64,000 bases of DNA from an uncultured Dehalococcoidia bacterium. Lineage in GTDB: Bacteria > Chloroflexota > Dehalococcoidia > SHYB01. The stretch's first letter is position 1; each line of letters begins with the position of its first letter. Both the position numbers and the translations under genes were made by a program. The notes under the pieces were generated by a model. It did not search any database. It worked only from the letters and a program-made list of their open reading frames with translations, and was not told the origin of the DNA. The stretch lies in assembly GCA_964555685.1 (NCBI GenBank), contig CAZKTO010000003.1, positions 556 through 64,555 of the forward strand, written 5' to 3'. Below, one piece after another: positions 17,713-26,636 of the stretch.

Positions 17713-18165
17713 ATGGAGCTCGACGCGCGGGGCATCGAGACGGTCATTCCGCACCGGCCGCCGTTCCTGCTGATCGACCGGATCGTGGAGTTGGAGCCGG
17801 GGGTACGCGCCGTAGGGCTCAAGACCTTCGCCCCCACGGAGCCCTTCTTCCAGGGCCACTTCCCGGGCAATCCCATCGTCCCGGGCGTGCTCCAGATCGA
17901 GGCCCTGGCCCAGGTCGGCTGCGTGGCCATCCTCTCGGTTCCCGATAACCGGGGCAAGCTCGTCTACTTCGCCGCCATCGACGGCGTCCGGTTCAAGCGG
18001 CCGGTGCGCCCCGGCGACGAGCTCCGGCTCGAGGTACATCTGGTCAAATCGCGCGGGCGCATCGGCAAGGGCGCGGCCCGGGCCACTACGGGCGGGCAGC
18101 TGGTCGTCGAGGGCGAGCTCACCTTTGCCGTGGTCGATCCCCCCACGGCGGGTCCGGGCGGCTGA
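17713..18165 (+). CDS. fabZ: 3-hydroxyacyl-ACP dehydratase
   Basis: It contains [13 protein letters not shown]...[23 protein letters not shown]. Confidence 0.92.
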   Translation: MELDARGIETVIPHRPPFLLIDRIVELEPGVRAVGLKTFAPTEPFFQGHFPGNPIVPGVLQIEALAQVGCVAILSVPDNRGKLVYFAAIDGVRFKRPVRPGDELRLEVHLVKSRGRIGKGAARATTGGQLVVEGELTFAVVDPPTAGPGG

Positions 18166-18240
18166 ACGATGGTTCTCCGTGGGGCCCCTAGCGGCCTGGC
18201 CGACGCTTCAAGCCCCGCCGACGGCCGGGAGGTCTCCTAG

Positions 18241-18951
18241 ATGGCTGTCACGGTCCTCCTCGTCATCGCCTCCTACCTCGTGGGCTCCATTCCCACGGCC
18301 TACCTCGCCGTCCGGCTGGTAAAGCGCGCGGATATTCGGCGGTTCGGCAGCGGCTCCGTTTCGAGCTCCAACGTCGGCCAGGTGCTGGGCCGGTGGCCCG
18401 GGGTGATCGTGGGGTGCGCCGACATGCTCAAAGGCGCCGGCTGCGTGTGGATGGCCGCCGCCCTGGACCGGGACTTGGCGGAGCGGCTGGCGGCCGGCCT
18501 CGCCGCGGTGGCGGGCCACAACTGGTCCATCTTTCTCCGGTTCGATGGCGGCCGGGGGCTCGCGACGACGGTGGGCGTGCTCCTGGCCACGGTGCCGATG
18601 CAGCTCCTGCTCTTTATCATCATCGCCCTCCTGGGATTCACCGTGACCGGCAACGTCCCCCTGTGGCTCGGGGTCTCGACCGCGCTGCTCCCCTTCTGGG
18701 GCTACGCCCTCCAAGACGGGGCCGCCGTCGTGTGGGCCGATGGCGTGCTGGTGGTGATGGTCTTTCTGAAGCGGCTGGCGACGAACCTGGAGCGCCTGCC
18801 GGAGCGGGGGAAGGGCAGCGTGCTGCTCTGGCGCCTGCTCTACGACCGGGACACGCCAGAGCGGGAGGCGTGGGTCCATCGTCGCGCCGACGCCCCCAGC
18901 GCGCCCGCGGAGCCCGGAGGAGGCCCCGTGCAGGGGCCACAGGGGCCCTAG
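18241..18951 (+). CDS. plsY: glycerol-3-phosphate acyltransferase PlsY
   Basis: It contains YLVGSIPTAYL...GSGSVSSSNV...AGHNWSIFL and is multi-TM. Confidence 0.85.
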   Translation: MAVTVLLVIASYLVGSIPTAYLAVRLVKRADIRRFGSGSVSSSNVGQVLGRWPGVIVGCADMLKGAGCVWMAAALDRDLAERLAAGLAAVAGHNWSIFLRFDGGRGLATTVGVLLATVPMQLLLFIIIALLGFTVTGNVPLWLGVSTALLPFWGYALQDGAAVVWADGVLVVMVFLKRLATNLERLPERGKGSVLLWRLLYDRDTPEREAWVHRRADAPSAPAEPGGGPVQGPQGP

Positions 18952-18968
18952 CCCGTCTGGAGCGACCG

Positions 18969-19499
18969 ATGCAGTGCGCCACCCATCCGCAGATCGAGAC
19001 GCACGTGTCATGCCAGAAGTGCGGCAAGGCGATCTGCTTCCGCTGCATGGTGGAGACGCCGGTGGGCTACCGTTGTTCCACGTGCGCGCCGCGCCGCGTC
19101 AATGCGTTGCTCACCCTCTCGGGCGAGCAGCTGGCGCGAGCCGTCGCCGCGGGGATTGGCGTGGCGTTCCTGGGAGGCGCCGGCTGGGGGCTGATCAAGC
19201 GGAGCGAGATCCTCTTCGGCCTCTTGGCCATCCTGGCAGCGCTGGGCATCGGCTACCTCATCGGCGAGGCGGTGAGGGCCGCGGCGGGGCGTAAGCCCGC
19301 CCGGAGCCTGCCGTGGATCGCCGGGGCCTGCGCCGCCTTGAGCTTCCTCATCGGCAACGTCCTGTTCTGGCTCCTGTGGACGGACGTCTCCGTGAGCACA
19401 GCCCTCAGGCAATGGGACAACTTCGACGTGCGGGGCTCTACCTGGAACATCCTCTCCATGCTGCTGTCCGTCGCCATGGCGGCGTTCCGGTTCCGATAG
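18969..19499 (+). CDS. B-box/zinc-ribbon membrane protein (hypothetical)
   Basis: This is the internal ATG of ORF 18393..19499. The product starts MQCATHPQIETHVSCQKCGKAICFRCMVETPVGYRCSTCAP and is followed by 3-4 hydrophobic helices. Confidence 0.65.
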   Translation: MQCATHPQIETHVSCQKCGKAICFRCMVETPVGYRCSTCAPRRVNALLTLSGEQLARAVAAGIGVAFLGGAGWGLIKRSEILFGLLAILAALGIGYLIGEAVRAAAGRKPARSLPWIAGACAALSFLIGNVLFWLLWTDVSVSTALRQWDNFDVRGSTWNILSMLLSVAMAAFRFR

Positions 19500-19523
19500 G
19501 CAAGCGCCGCGTCCTCTTCGGGC

Positions 19524-19778
19524 TGTACTCGTCCAGATACATGCGTGACACCCGACTGTGTGCCCGTTCAGAAGGGTCCGGAATACATCCCTCAGAGTGT
19601 AGGACCCGGCTGCGACTCATTTATCCCTCGGCTCCGGTCACCCTCACAACAGCAGCGAAGTCAAGGTCTGCAACCCCGAAGGGGCGCCGCCTGAAGGGCG
19701 GCGGGCCTTGACGAGCTGCTACCATTCCGCGAACCGGAGCCGAGGAGCAAAGTGTCACTAATCTACTGGACGAGTACA
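19524..19778. ncRNA. candidate structured RNA/element (about 255 nt, nested perfect helices); family unknown, strand uncertain (minus slightly favoured)
   Basis: The perfect Watson-Crick complementary pairs are:
- 19524-36 with 19766-78 (13 bp)
- 19545-51 with 19752-58 (7 bp)
- 19574-79 with 19602-07 (6 bp)
- 19626-38 with 19733-45 (13 bp)
- 19651-56 with 19715-20 (6 bp)
- 19660-66 with 19706-12 (7 bp)
- 19685-91 with 19697-703 (7 bp)
- 19674-77 with 19681-84 (4 bp)
No credible ORF lies in this region. Confidence 0.45.
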
Positions 19779-19783
19779 CGGGC

Positions 19784-19812
19784 TTCCCATGCGCGGGGGC
19801 GTCGGCTACAAT
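19784..19812 (+). promoter_or_regulatory. candidate promoter TTCCCA-N17-TACAAT for the TPP-enzyme gene
   Basis: tacaat lies at 19807-19812, 54 nt upstream of the ATG at 19866. Confidence 0.35.
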
Positions 19813-19865
19813 AGCGCCGCTCTGTCCATCTTCAGAACGTCCCACCCAAGAAAGCGAGGCGCGCC

Positions 19866-21524
19866 ATGCCCCCGGTGACCGGCGGCCGGCTCATCGCCCG
19901 GGCCCTCAAGAACGAGGGCGTCGAGCACATCTTCACCCTGAACGGCGGCCACATCTACAACATCTATGAAGGGTGCGCCGACGAGGGGATCAAGATCATC
20001 GACGTCCGGCACGAGCAGGTGGCGGGCCACGCCGCCGAGGGGTGGGCCAAGGTCACCCGCAAGCCCGGCGTCGCCGTCGTCACTGCGGGCCCCGGCGTGA
20101 CCGACACGGTGACGGCCATCGCCAACGCCTACCAGGCCCCCAGCCCCATGCTCGTCATCGGCGGGAACGCCTCCCTGCGGGAGTGGCTCTCGGGCGGTCT
20201 CCAGGAGTTCGATAGCGTCTCCGTGCTGCGCCCCATCACCAAGTGGGCCCAGCAGTGCGCCCAGACCACGCGCCTGCCGTGGTTCGTGGCCACGGCCTTC
20301 CGGCAGGCGACCACCGGCAGGATGGGCCCGGCCTACCTGGAGGTGCCCATGGACATCCTCCACGGCAAGGCCGAGATGGACCAGGTGGAGTTCCCCACCA
20401 AGTACCGGACCGAGGCCAAGGCTCCCGGAGACCCCGAGATGGTGAAGGAAGCCGCCAAGGTCCTGCGCAACTCCAAGCGGCCCGTGGTCATGGCCGGGAG
20501 CGACGTCTGGTGGAGCGACGGCGCTGAGACGCTGCGCGCCTTCGTGGAGACGATCCGGGCGCCGGTCTTTCTCAACGGCATGGGCCGGGGCAGCATCCCG
20601 CCCGATCATCCCAATGTCGGCTCCATGGCTCGCCGCTTCGCCCTCACCCAGGCGGACGCGGTATTCCTCATCGGCACGCCCATCGACTTCCGCCTGAGCT
20701 ACGGGAAGCCGACCCTCATCAACGCGGATGCGAAGGTGGTCCAGATCATGATGGACGCGGGCGAGATCGGCCGAAACCGCGCCATCGAAGTGGGCATCGC
20801 GGGGAACGCGAAGCTCATCATGCAGCAGATCATGGACGCGCTGCCCGGCGCCGGCTTCGAGCCCACCGACGACTGGCTGGAGAAGGTCCGGGCCGAGGAG
20901 GCAGGTTTCCGCGCCAGCGATGAGGAGATGATCAAGAACAACCGGACGCCCATTCACCCGATGCGTCTGGTGGGCGAGATCCGCAACTTTCTGGACAAGG
21001 ACGCCACCGTCGTCGGCGATGGGGGCGACATCGTCACGTTCGGCGCGCGGGTCATCGGGATCCACAAGCCCGGCCACTGGCTGGACCCGGGCCAGTTCGG
21101 TTGCCTCGGCGTGGGGACTGGCTTCGGCATGGCGGCGCAGCTGGCCCGGCCCGGCAAGCAGGTCCTGATCTTGAACGGCGATGGCGGCTTCGGCCTCAAC
21201 GGCATGGACATGGAGACGATGGTGCGGTTCAAGCTGCCCGTCGTCTCGGTGGTGGCCAACAACGGCGGCTGGGCCCAGACGATCCACGGCGTGACGAAGA
21301 TGTACGGCCGCGCCCTGGGCTGCCAGCTCTCGCAGGAGACCCGGTACGACAAGATGGTTGAGGCGATGGGCGGGCACGGCGAGCTGGTGGAGCGACCGGA
21401 GCAGATCCGGCCGGCGCTGGAGCGGGCCTTCGCCTCGGGGCTGCCGGCCTGCCTGAATGTCATCACGGACCCCGCCGCGAGCTACGGCGAGATGCCGGGC
21501 CGCTCTCAGAAGCGCATCTCCTGA
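19866..21524 (+). CDS. thiamine-diphosphate-dependent enzyme (acetolactate synthase / oxalyl-CoA decarboxylase family)
   Basis: This 552-aa ORF has an N-terminal Pyr domain (RHEQVAGHAAEGWAKVT..PGVAVVTAGPG) and a TPP motif (LNGDGGFGLNGMDMET...VVANNGGW). Confidence 0.85.
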   Translation: MPPVTGGRLIARALKNEGVEHIFTLNGGHIYNIYEGCADEGIKIIDVRHEQVAGHAAEGWAKVTRKPGVAVVTAGPGVTDTVTAIANAYQAPSPMLVIGGNASLREWLSGGLQEFDSVSVLRPITKWAQQCAQTTRLPWFVATAFRQATTGRMGPAYLEVPMDILHGKAEMDQVEFPTKYRTEAKAPGDPEMVKEAAKVLRNSKRPVVMAGSDVWWSDGAETLRAFVETIRAPVFLNGMGRGSIPPDHPNVGSMARRFALTQADAVFLIGTPIDFRLSYGKPTLINADAKVVQIMMDAGEIGRNRAIEVGIAGNAKLIMQQIMDALPGAGFEPTDDWLEKVRAEEAGFRASDEEMIKNNRTPIHPMRLVGEIRNFLDKDATVVGDGGDIVTFGARVIGIHKPGHWLDPGQFGCLGVGTGFGMAAQLARPGKQVLILNGDGGFGLNGMDMETMVRFKLPVVSVVANNGGWAQTIHGVTKMYGRALGCQLSQETRYDKMVEAMGGHGELVERPEQIRPALERAFASGLPACLNVITDPAASYGEMPGRSQKRIS

Positions 21525-21557
21525 TACCCTCCGTTTGCGTCATCGTTCCCTCACCCA

Positions 21558-21601
21558 CCCCGGCCTGTCGGGGCCACCCCCTCTCCGATCCGGAGAGGGG
21601 G
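21558..21601. repeat. adjacent REP hairpins (family A variant plus family B)
   Basis: The two hairpins are ccccggcctgtcgggg (21558-73) and ccccctctccgatccggagaggggg (21577-601). Confidence 0.65.
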
Positions 21602-21711
21602 TAGGGGGAGAAGGCGGCAAGCGCCCTCCGGGTTACGGGCCGGCCGGGTCCTGCCCCTCCCACAGGGAGAGGGACCGGGTAAGGGAAAAACCGCCGCTTC
21701 GGCAACGCTCG

Positions 21712-22527
21712 ATGCCCTACGCGCAACTGAGTGACGCCCGCATCTACTACGAGACGGATGGCTCCGGCCACGCCGTCGTCTTCATCCACGGCCTCAGCCT
21801 GGACCGGCGCCTGTGGGACGGCCAAGTGGGGCCTCTCTCTCGGTCGTACATGATGGTCCGGTACGACCTGCGCGGCCACGGGCTTTCGGAGGCGCCCCGG
21901 ACGGGCTACTCGCTCCCGCACTACGCCCGGGAGCTCCGCGAGCTCGTAGACTGCCTGGGGCTGCGCCGCCCGTCCCTGGTGGGCCTCTCCATGGGCGGCA
22001 ACGTCGCCATCGAGTACGCTCTCACCTACCCGGACCGGCTGGAGACCCTCACCCTCGTTGACTCGGGGCTCATGGGCTTCGAGGACACGGGTGCCTTCAC
22101 GCGCACCATGGAGAAGCGCAAGGCCCTGGTGCGGCGCGAGGGCGTGGGCGAGAAGTTCGTGCGCGCATTCATGATGAGCGTCCTCTTCAAGCGGGTGCGG
22201 CGGGACCCGGCGAAGCGCCAGCTCGCCCGGTCGATGGTAGCGGCCTGGTCGGGCGCCAGCTGGCTCGATACCGCCGTCTACCCCAAGCCGGAGCGCAGTC
22301 AGGCCGAGCGCGTCCATGCGATCAAGGCGCCGACGCTGGTCCTGGTGGGCGAGCACGACGACCGGCGCTTCCACCACATCGCCGACCTCCTGGCGTCGCG
22401 CATCCCGGTGGTGCGCAAGCACGTCGTCCCGGACGCGGGCCACCTGCCGCCCATGGAGAGCCCGGAGGCGCTCAACGATGCGCTGCTGGACTTCCTGGGC
22501 GGGGCCGTGGGCAAGGCGCTGGCCTGA
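21712..22527 (+). CDS. alpha/beta hydrolase
   Basis: The start is the internal ATG at 21712 (MPYAQLSDARIYYETDGSG). It contains FIHGLSLDRRLW and the nucleophile elbow GLSMGG. The upstream part of the ORF-track entry is REP sequence. Confidence 0.85.
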   Translation: MPYAQLSDARIYYETDGSGHAVVFIHGLSLDRRLWDGQVGPLSRSYMMVRYDLRGHGLSEAPRTGYSLPHYARELRELVDCLGLRRPSLVGLSMGGNVAIEYALTYPDRLETLTLVDSGLMGFEDTGAFTRTMEKRKALVRREGVGEKFVRAFMMSVLFKRVRRDPAKRQLARSMVAAWSGASWLDTAVYPKPERSQAERVHAIKAPTLVLVGEHDDRRFHHIADLLASRIPVVRKHVVPDAGHLPPMESPEALNDALLDFLGGAVGKALA

Positions 22528-22547
22528 CGGCAGGTTGAGGCAAGGAC

Positions 22548-23714
22548 ATGGCGAGGGTGGGCAGCGGCCGCCGACGACTGATGGGGTGGCGGGGATTCGC
22601 CGCGCTGATGCTGGCGTTCCTGGCCGCCCTGCTCGTGTGGTCCACGGTAACCCCGCAGGGCCGCACCGCGTTCCGGGCCGCCCTCTTCGTCCCCAGCCTC
22701 ATCCCCAACTCCCCGATACGACCGATCACCTGGTTCACGCGAGACCCCCAGCGCCTCGAGGTGACCTTCTCGGATGGCACCGAGAGATGGGTCGGCGACC
22801 TCTGGCTGCCAGGGACGAGTCCGCCGCACCCCGGCATCATCGTGGCCCTGGGCGTGACGCCGGCTGGACGGGACGACCCTCGGGTCAAGCATCTGGGCGA
22901 CGGCCTGGCCCGCATGGGCCTGGCGACGCTGATCCCCGTGAGTCAGAACCTGGTCGAAAAGCGGGTCACGCCGAGGGAGGTGGACTTCCTGGTGGCGGCC
23001 TTTCAGTACCTGGCGGCGCGGGAGGAGGTGGACCGGGGCCGCGTGGGCTTCCTGGGCGTGTGCGTCGGATCGTCCCTCTCGCTGCTCGCCGCCCAGGACG
23101 TGCGCATCCGCGACCGCGTGGCGTTCGTCAACTGGTTCGGCGGCTACTACTGGCTGGACGAGCTCATCGCCTCAACGGTCACACGGAGCTACGAGGATGA
23201 GGGCCGCATCGTCGCCTGGCAGCCGGACCGGCTGACGAGGGAGGTGGTGCGGCTGCACATCCTGGACCTCATCGGTGACACGGCCGAGCGCCAGCTCGTG
23301 CGCCGCAGCGCCCTGGAGGGCGCTCCCATGGCGGAGGAGGAGCGATCGCGCCTCTCCGCCGCCGCATCGGTCGTCCACAGGCTCCTCGTGGCGGGCGGCC
23401 TGGAGGAGGCCCGCGGCCTCATCGGCCAGCTCCCCGCCGAGGCCCGAGACCGGATGCGGGCCCTCTCGCCTGCCACCAACCTGGCCGCGACCAAGACCCG
23501 CCTCTACCTGATGGACGATAGCTCCGACCGGCTGGTCCCGTTCGTGCACACGCGGGCCCTGGCCAGCGACCTGCAGGGCGCCTACGAGCGCCATAGCAAG
23601 TTCAGCATCTTCAGCCACGTGGACCTGGACCGCCTGGCAAACCCGATCAAATCGGCGCCGCAGCTCTGGGGCCTCTACCGCCACGTGAACGCGGTCTTTC
23701 AGAGCGTGCGCTAG
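22548..23714 (+). CDS. membrane-anchored dienelactone-hydrolase-like alpha/beta hydrolase (hypothetical)
   Basis: This 388-aa ORF has an N-terminal TM segment and a GxCxG elbow (LGVCVGSS). Confidence 0.6.
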   Translation: MARVGSGRRRLMGWRGFAALMLAFLAALLVWSTVTPQGRTAFRAALFVPSLIPNSPIRPITWFTRDPQRLEVTFSDGTERWVGDLWLPGTSPPHPGIIVALGVTPAGRDDPRVKHLGDGLARMGLATLIPVSQNLVEKRVTPREVDFLVAAFQYLAAREEVDRGRVGFLGVCVGSSLSLLAAQDVRIRDRVAFVNWFGGYYWLDELIASTVTRSYEDEGRIVAWQPDRLTREVVRLHILDLIGDTAERQLVRRSALEGAPMAEEERSRLSAAASVVHRLLVAGGLEEARGLIGQLPAEARDRMRALSPATNLAATKTRLYLMDDSSDRLVPFVHTRALASDLQGAYERHSKFSIFSHVDLDRLANPIKSAPQLWGLYRHVNAVFQSVR

Positions 23715-23973
23715 CCGCCGCCCAGCGCCTGTCGACGGAAGCGGGACGCGACGCCGCGCACGAGCGGCAAGTCACGCCAGCCGCCGACGGAAAAACCTGG
23801 CCCGCTCGCGTGACACCGTCCTCCGCGGGACGACCGTCAGCGAGATAGCGAATCAGCGGACGCGTCCCGCCATGAAGCGCAGGACCGGAGCGTCCGCCGG
23901 CGTCGTCAGGTATCGTCGCAGCGGCTAACCGGCCGTCAGACGAGCCGGCTAGCGCGGGACCGGGAGCGGCCTG

Positions 23974-24174
23974 CTAGGTCTTCTTCAGCAGGGGCAGGCC
24001 GGTCCGGTTGTTCTCGACGACCTTGTACCCCGCGGGCAGGGCGTTGATCGCGTTGGTAGCAGCCTTCCCCGCGAAGTAGTAGATGGTCTGCTTCTGACCA
24101 CCCTTCAGCGTCACGCTCTTGGAATGGAGGATGTAGGTCTTGCCGGACTTCTTGCTGACCGTGCTGTATGCCAT
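23974..24174 (-). CDS. small basic hypothetical protein (66 aa)
   Basis: The product is MAYSTVSKKSGKTYILHSKSVTLKGGQKQTIYYFAGK.... It has a G-rich Shine-Dalgarno (agaggggggg) and a good upstream promoter, and local GC is lower. Confidence 0.6.
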   Translation of the reverse strand: MAYSTVSKKSGKTYILHSKSVTLKGGQKQTIYYFAGKAATNAINALPAGYKVVENNRTGLPLLKKT

Positions 24175-24229
24175 GGGCCCCCCTCTGCGCTTTTGATGCG
24201 AGTCTCAAATAAGACTTGAATCGCTATCA

Positions 24230-24258
24230 TTCTTACCACACCTGTCCACACCTGTCAA
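24230..24258 (-). promoter_or_regulatory. candidate promoter TTGACA-N17-TAAGAA(T) with a tandem 10-bp repeat in the spacer
   Basis: The reverse complement reads ttgacaggtgtggacaggtgtggtaagaat. The -35 element is at 24253-58. The repeat ccacacctgt occurs twice at 24236-24255. Confidence 0.4.
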
Positions 24259-24301
24259 TACGGAGGCACGCCTTTTTGGAAAGGACTTCGTTGGCGGTGC
24301 G

Positions 24302-25582
24302 CTACAACAGAAGGCGGACGGGACTCTCCAGAAGGGTGCGCACCTCAGCCAGGAAGGCCGCGGCCTGGGCGCCATCGGCCACGCGATGATCGATGGACAG
24401 GGTGAGGCGCATGACATCAGCCACGGCCACCTGGCCGTCCTTGACGACGGCATCCTTCAGGACGGAGCCGACGGCCAGGGCGGCCGCCTGGGGCGGTGTG
24501 ATGATGGCGCTGAAGCTCTCGACGCCGAACATGCCCAGATTGGTCACGGTAAAGGTCGCGCTGCTGTACTCCTGGGCAGTCATGTGGCCGGCGCGGGCCC
24601 GCTCCACGAGGCTCTTGCTCTCGCGGGCGATCTCGGCGAGGCCCTTGCGGTCGCAGTCGAGGATGGCGGGCGCGACGAGGCCGGCGTCCAGCGCGATAGC
24701 CATGCCGATGTTCACCTGTTTGTGGACCTGGATGCCGCCCTCGGTGAAGCTGGCGTTGAACATCGGGTGCTTCAGGATGGCCTCGGCGCACGCCTTGATC
24801 ACCATGTCGTTGATGCTGATTCGGACGCCGTCCTCCAGGGCCTCATTCAGCTGCTGGCGGACCTGGATGGCCTGCGACATCGCGACGGCGACGGTGAGGT
24901 AGAAGTGGGGGACCTCCTGCTTGCTGCGGCTCATGCTCCGGGCGATGGCCTGGCGCATGCGGGTGAGCGGCACGAGCTGGCCAAGGGCGATCGGCGGAGC
25001 GGCAGGCGGCGCATGCCCGGGCGCGGCGGCCGGGGCCTGAGCAGCCGCCGCGGGTGGTGCGGGCACTGCTTTGGCCGCTCCCTCAGCGAAGGCGATGACG
25101 TCCTGGCGGGTGATGCGTCCGCCAGGGCCCGTACCGGCGACATGGGCGAGGTCGATCTTCCGGGCCTCGGCCTCGCGACGCGCCAGGGGCGACGCCTTGG
25201 TCCGGTCGCCGGGTCCCCGGGGCGGCCCCAACGAGTCGGGGCGCTCCGCACCAGCCTTGGCCGGCGCCCCTGCGCTGGTTGGAACGGGACCTGCCGCAGC
25301 CGGAGCCGCGGGCGCCCCCGCCGGCGCGTCGGGGACCTTCTCGCCGGGCGCGCCGATGATCCCAATGACCTGCCCCACGGGGACCGTGGTCCCTTCCTTT
25401 ATATAGACCTTGCGCAGCACGCCCGAGTCGTAGGCCTCGATCTCCACGACGGCCTTGTCCGTCTCGATCTCGGCCAGAGGCTCGCCCTTGGTGACCGGGT
25501 CGCCCTCGGCCTTGATCCAGCGGACGACGGTCCCCTCTTTCATGTCGAAGCCCATCTGGGGCATGATGATCTCGGTCGGCAC
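24302..25582 (-). CDS. dihydrolipoamide acyltransferase (E2) of a 2-oxoacid dehydrogenase complex
   Basis: It has a lipoyl domain (EIETDKAVVEIEA), a PSBD domain and a catalytic DHRVADG motif. The start codon is GTG. Confidence 0.9.
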   Translation of the reverse strand: MPTEIIMPQMGFDMKEGTVVRWIKAEGDPVTKGEPLAEIETDKAVVEIEAYDSGVLRKVYIKEGTTVPVGQVIGIIGAPGEKVPDAPAGAPAAPAAAGPVPTSAGAPAKAGAERPDSLGPPRGPGDRTKASPLARREAEARKIDLAHVAGTGPGGRITRQDVIAFAEGAAKAVPAPPAAAAQAPAAAPGHAPPAAPPIALGQLVPLTRMRQAIARSMSRSKQEVPHFYLTVAVAMSQAIQVRQQLNEALEDGVRISINDMVIKACAEAILKHPMFNASFTEGGIQVHKQVNIGMAIALDAGLVAPAILDCDRKGLAEIARESKSLVERARAGHMTAQEYSSATFTVTNLGMFGVESFSAIITPPQAAALAVGSVLKDAVVKDGQVAVADVMRLTLSIDHRVADGAQAAAFLAEVRTLLESPVRLLL

Positions 25583-25655
25583 GGCCGAAGGCTCCTTTCG
25601 GCGTCAGGCGCGCGGCGCGCGGGGGCCTCGTCGGTATCGAGAATCCGGCTCGCGT

Positions 25656-26627
25656 CTAGAACAGGGACTTGACGGCGTCCACGACCCTGCGCGGTCCGGG
25701 GATGGCGGCCTGCTCCAGCTCGCGGTTGTAGGGCATGGGCACCTCTTCGCCGGCCACGCGGACCACGGGCGCGTCCAGGTAGTCGAAGGCCTGCTCCATG
25801 ATGGAGCAGGCCACCTCGGCGCCGAAGCCGCCGGTCTTCCAGCCCTCCTCGACGACCACGGCCCGGCTGGTCTTGGTCACCGACTCGACGACGGTGTCCA
25901 TGTCCAGGGGGCGCAGCGAGCGCAGGTCCACCACCTCGGCTTCAATGCCCTCCTTGGCCAGCTCCTCGGCGGCGCGCAGGGCCACGTGGACCATCCGCAG
26001 GTAGGCCACGATGGTCACGTCCTTCCCAGGCCGCTTCACGTCGGCCACGCCAATGGGCACCGTGTACGGCTCGTCCGGCACCTGGCCCTTCATCGGGTAG
26101 ATGAGGGAGTGCTCCACGTAGATGACCGGGTTGGGGTCCTGGAGTGCGCTGCGGAGGAGGCCGCGCGCGTCGTAGGGCGTCGCGGGGGTCACGACCTTGA
26201 GCCCGGGGACCTGGGCGTACCAGCCCTCCAGGCTCTGGGAGTGGCTGGCGGCGAGCTGGTTGCCGCCTCCGCTGACGGTCCGGATGACGATGGGCACGTT
26301 GACCTGGCCGCCGGACATATAGAGCATCTTGGCGGCGTTGTTGATGATCTGGTCGGAGGCCAGGAGGCTGAAGTTGATGGTCATGAGCTCGATGACGGGG
26401 CGCAGGCCGCCCATGGCGGAGCCGATGCCCGAGCCCACCAGGACCGATTCGGCGATGGGCGAGTCCTTGACCCGCTCCTCGCCGAACTCGGCCATGAGGC
26501 CCTTGGTCACGCCGTAGGCGCCGCCGTAGGCGCCGATGTCCTCGCCCATGAGATAGACGCGGTCGTCGGCCAGGAGGGCCTCGCGCAGGGTCTGGCGGAT
26601 GGCTTCACGGTAGGTGAGCTCGGGCAT
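25656..26627 (-). CDS. 2-oxoacid dehydrogenase E1 beta subunit
   Basis: This 323-aa ORF shows the transketolase-like Pyr and C-terminal domain pattern (MGEDIGAYGGAYGVTKGL). Confidence 0.9.
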   Translation of the reverse strand: MPELTYREAIRQTLREALLADDRVYLMGEDIGAYGGAYGVTKGLMAEFGEERVKDSPIAESVLVGSGIGSAMGGLRPVIELMTINFSLLASDQIINNAAKMLYMSGGQVNVPIVIRTVSGGGNQLAASHSQSLEGWYAQVPGLKVVTPATPYDARGLLRSALQDPNPVIYVEHSLIYPMKGQVPDEPYTVPIGVADVKRPGKDVTIVAYLRMVHVALRAAEELAKEGIEAEVVDLRSLRPLDMDTVVESVTKTSRAVVVEEGWKTGGFGAEVACSIMEQAFDYLDAPVVRVAGEEVPMPYNRELEQAAIPGPRRVVDAVKSLF

Positions 26628-26636
26628 GGGCGGACC

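Noticed and set aside
19524-19778. Identity of the structured element as SRP RNA, RNase P RNA, tmRNA, 6S RNA, or a TPP/cobalamin riboswitch.
   Set aside because: I looked on both strands for GGAAAGUCCGG and ACAGAACCCGGCUUA (RNase P), CCGGAAGGAAGCAGC (SRP), GGUUCGAnUCC (the tmRNA T-arm), and CUGAGA...GCGUAGGGA in the proper order (TPP). Only partial chance resemblances turned up, such as GGUCCGGAA. The downstream gene's promoter lies 3' of the element, which argues against a riboswitch.
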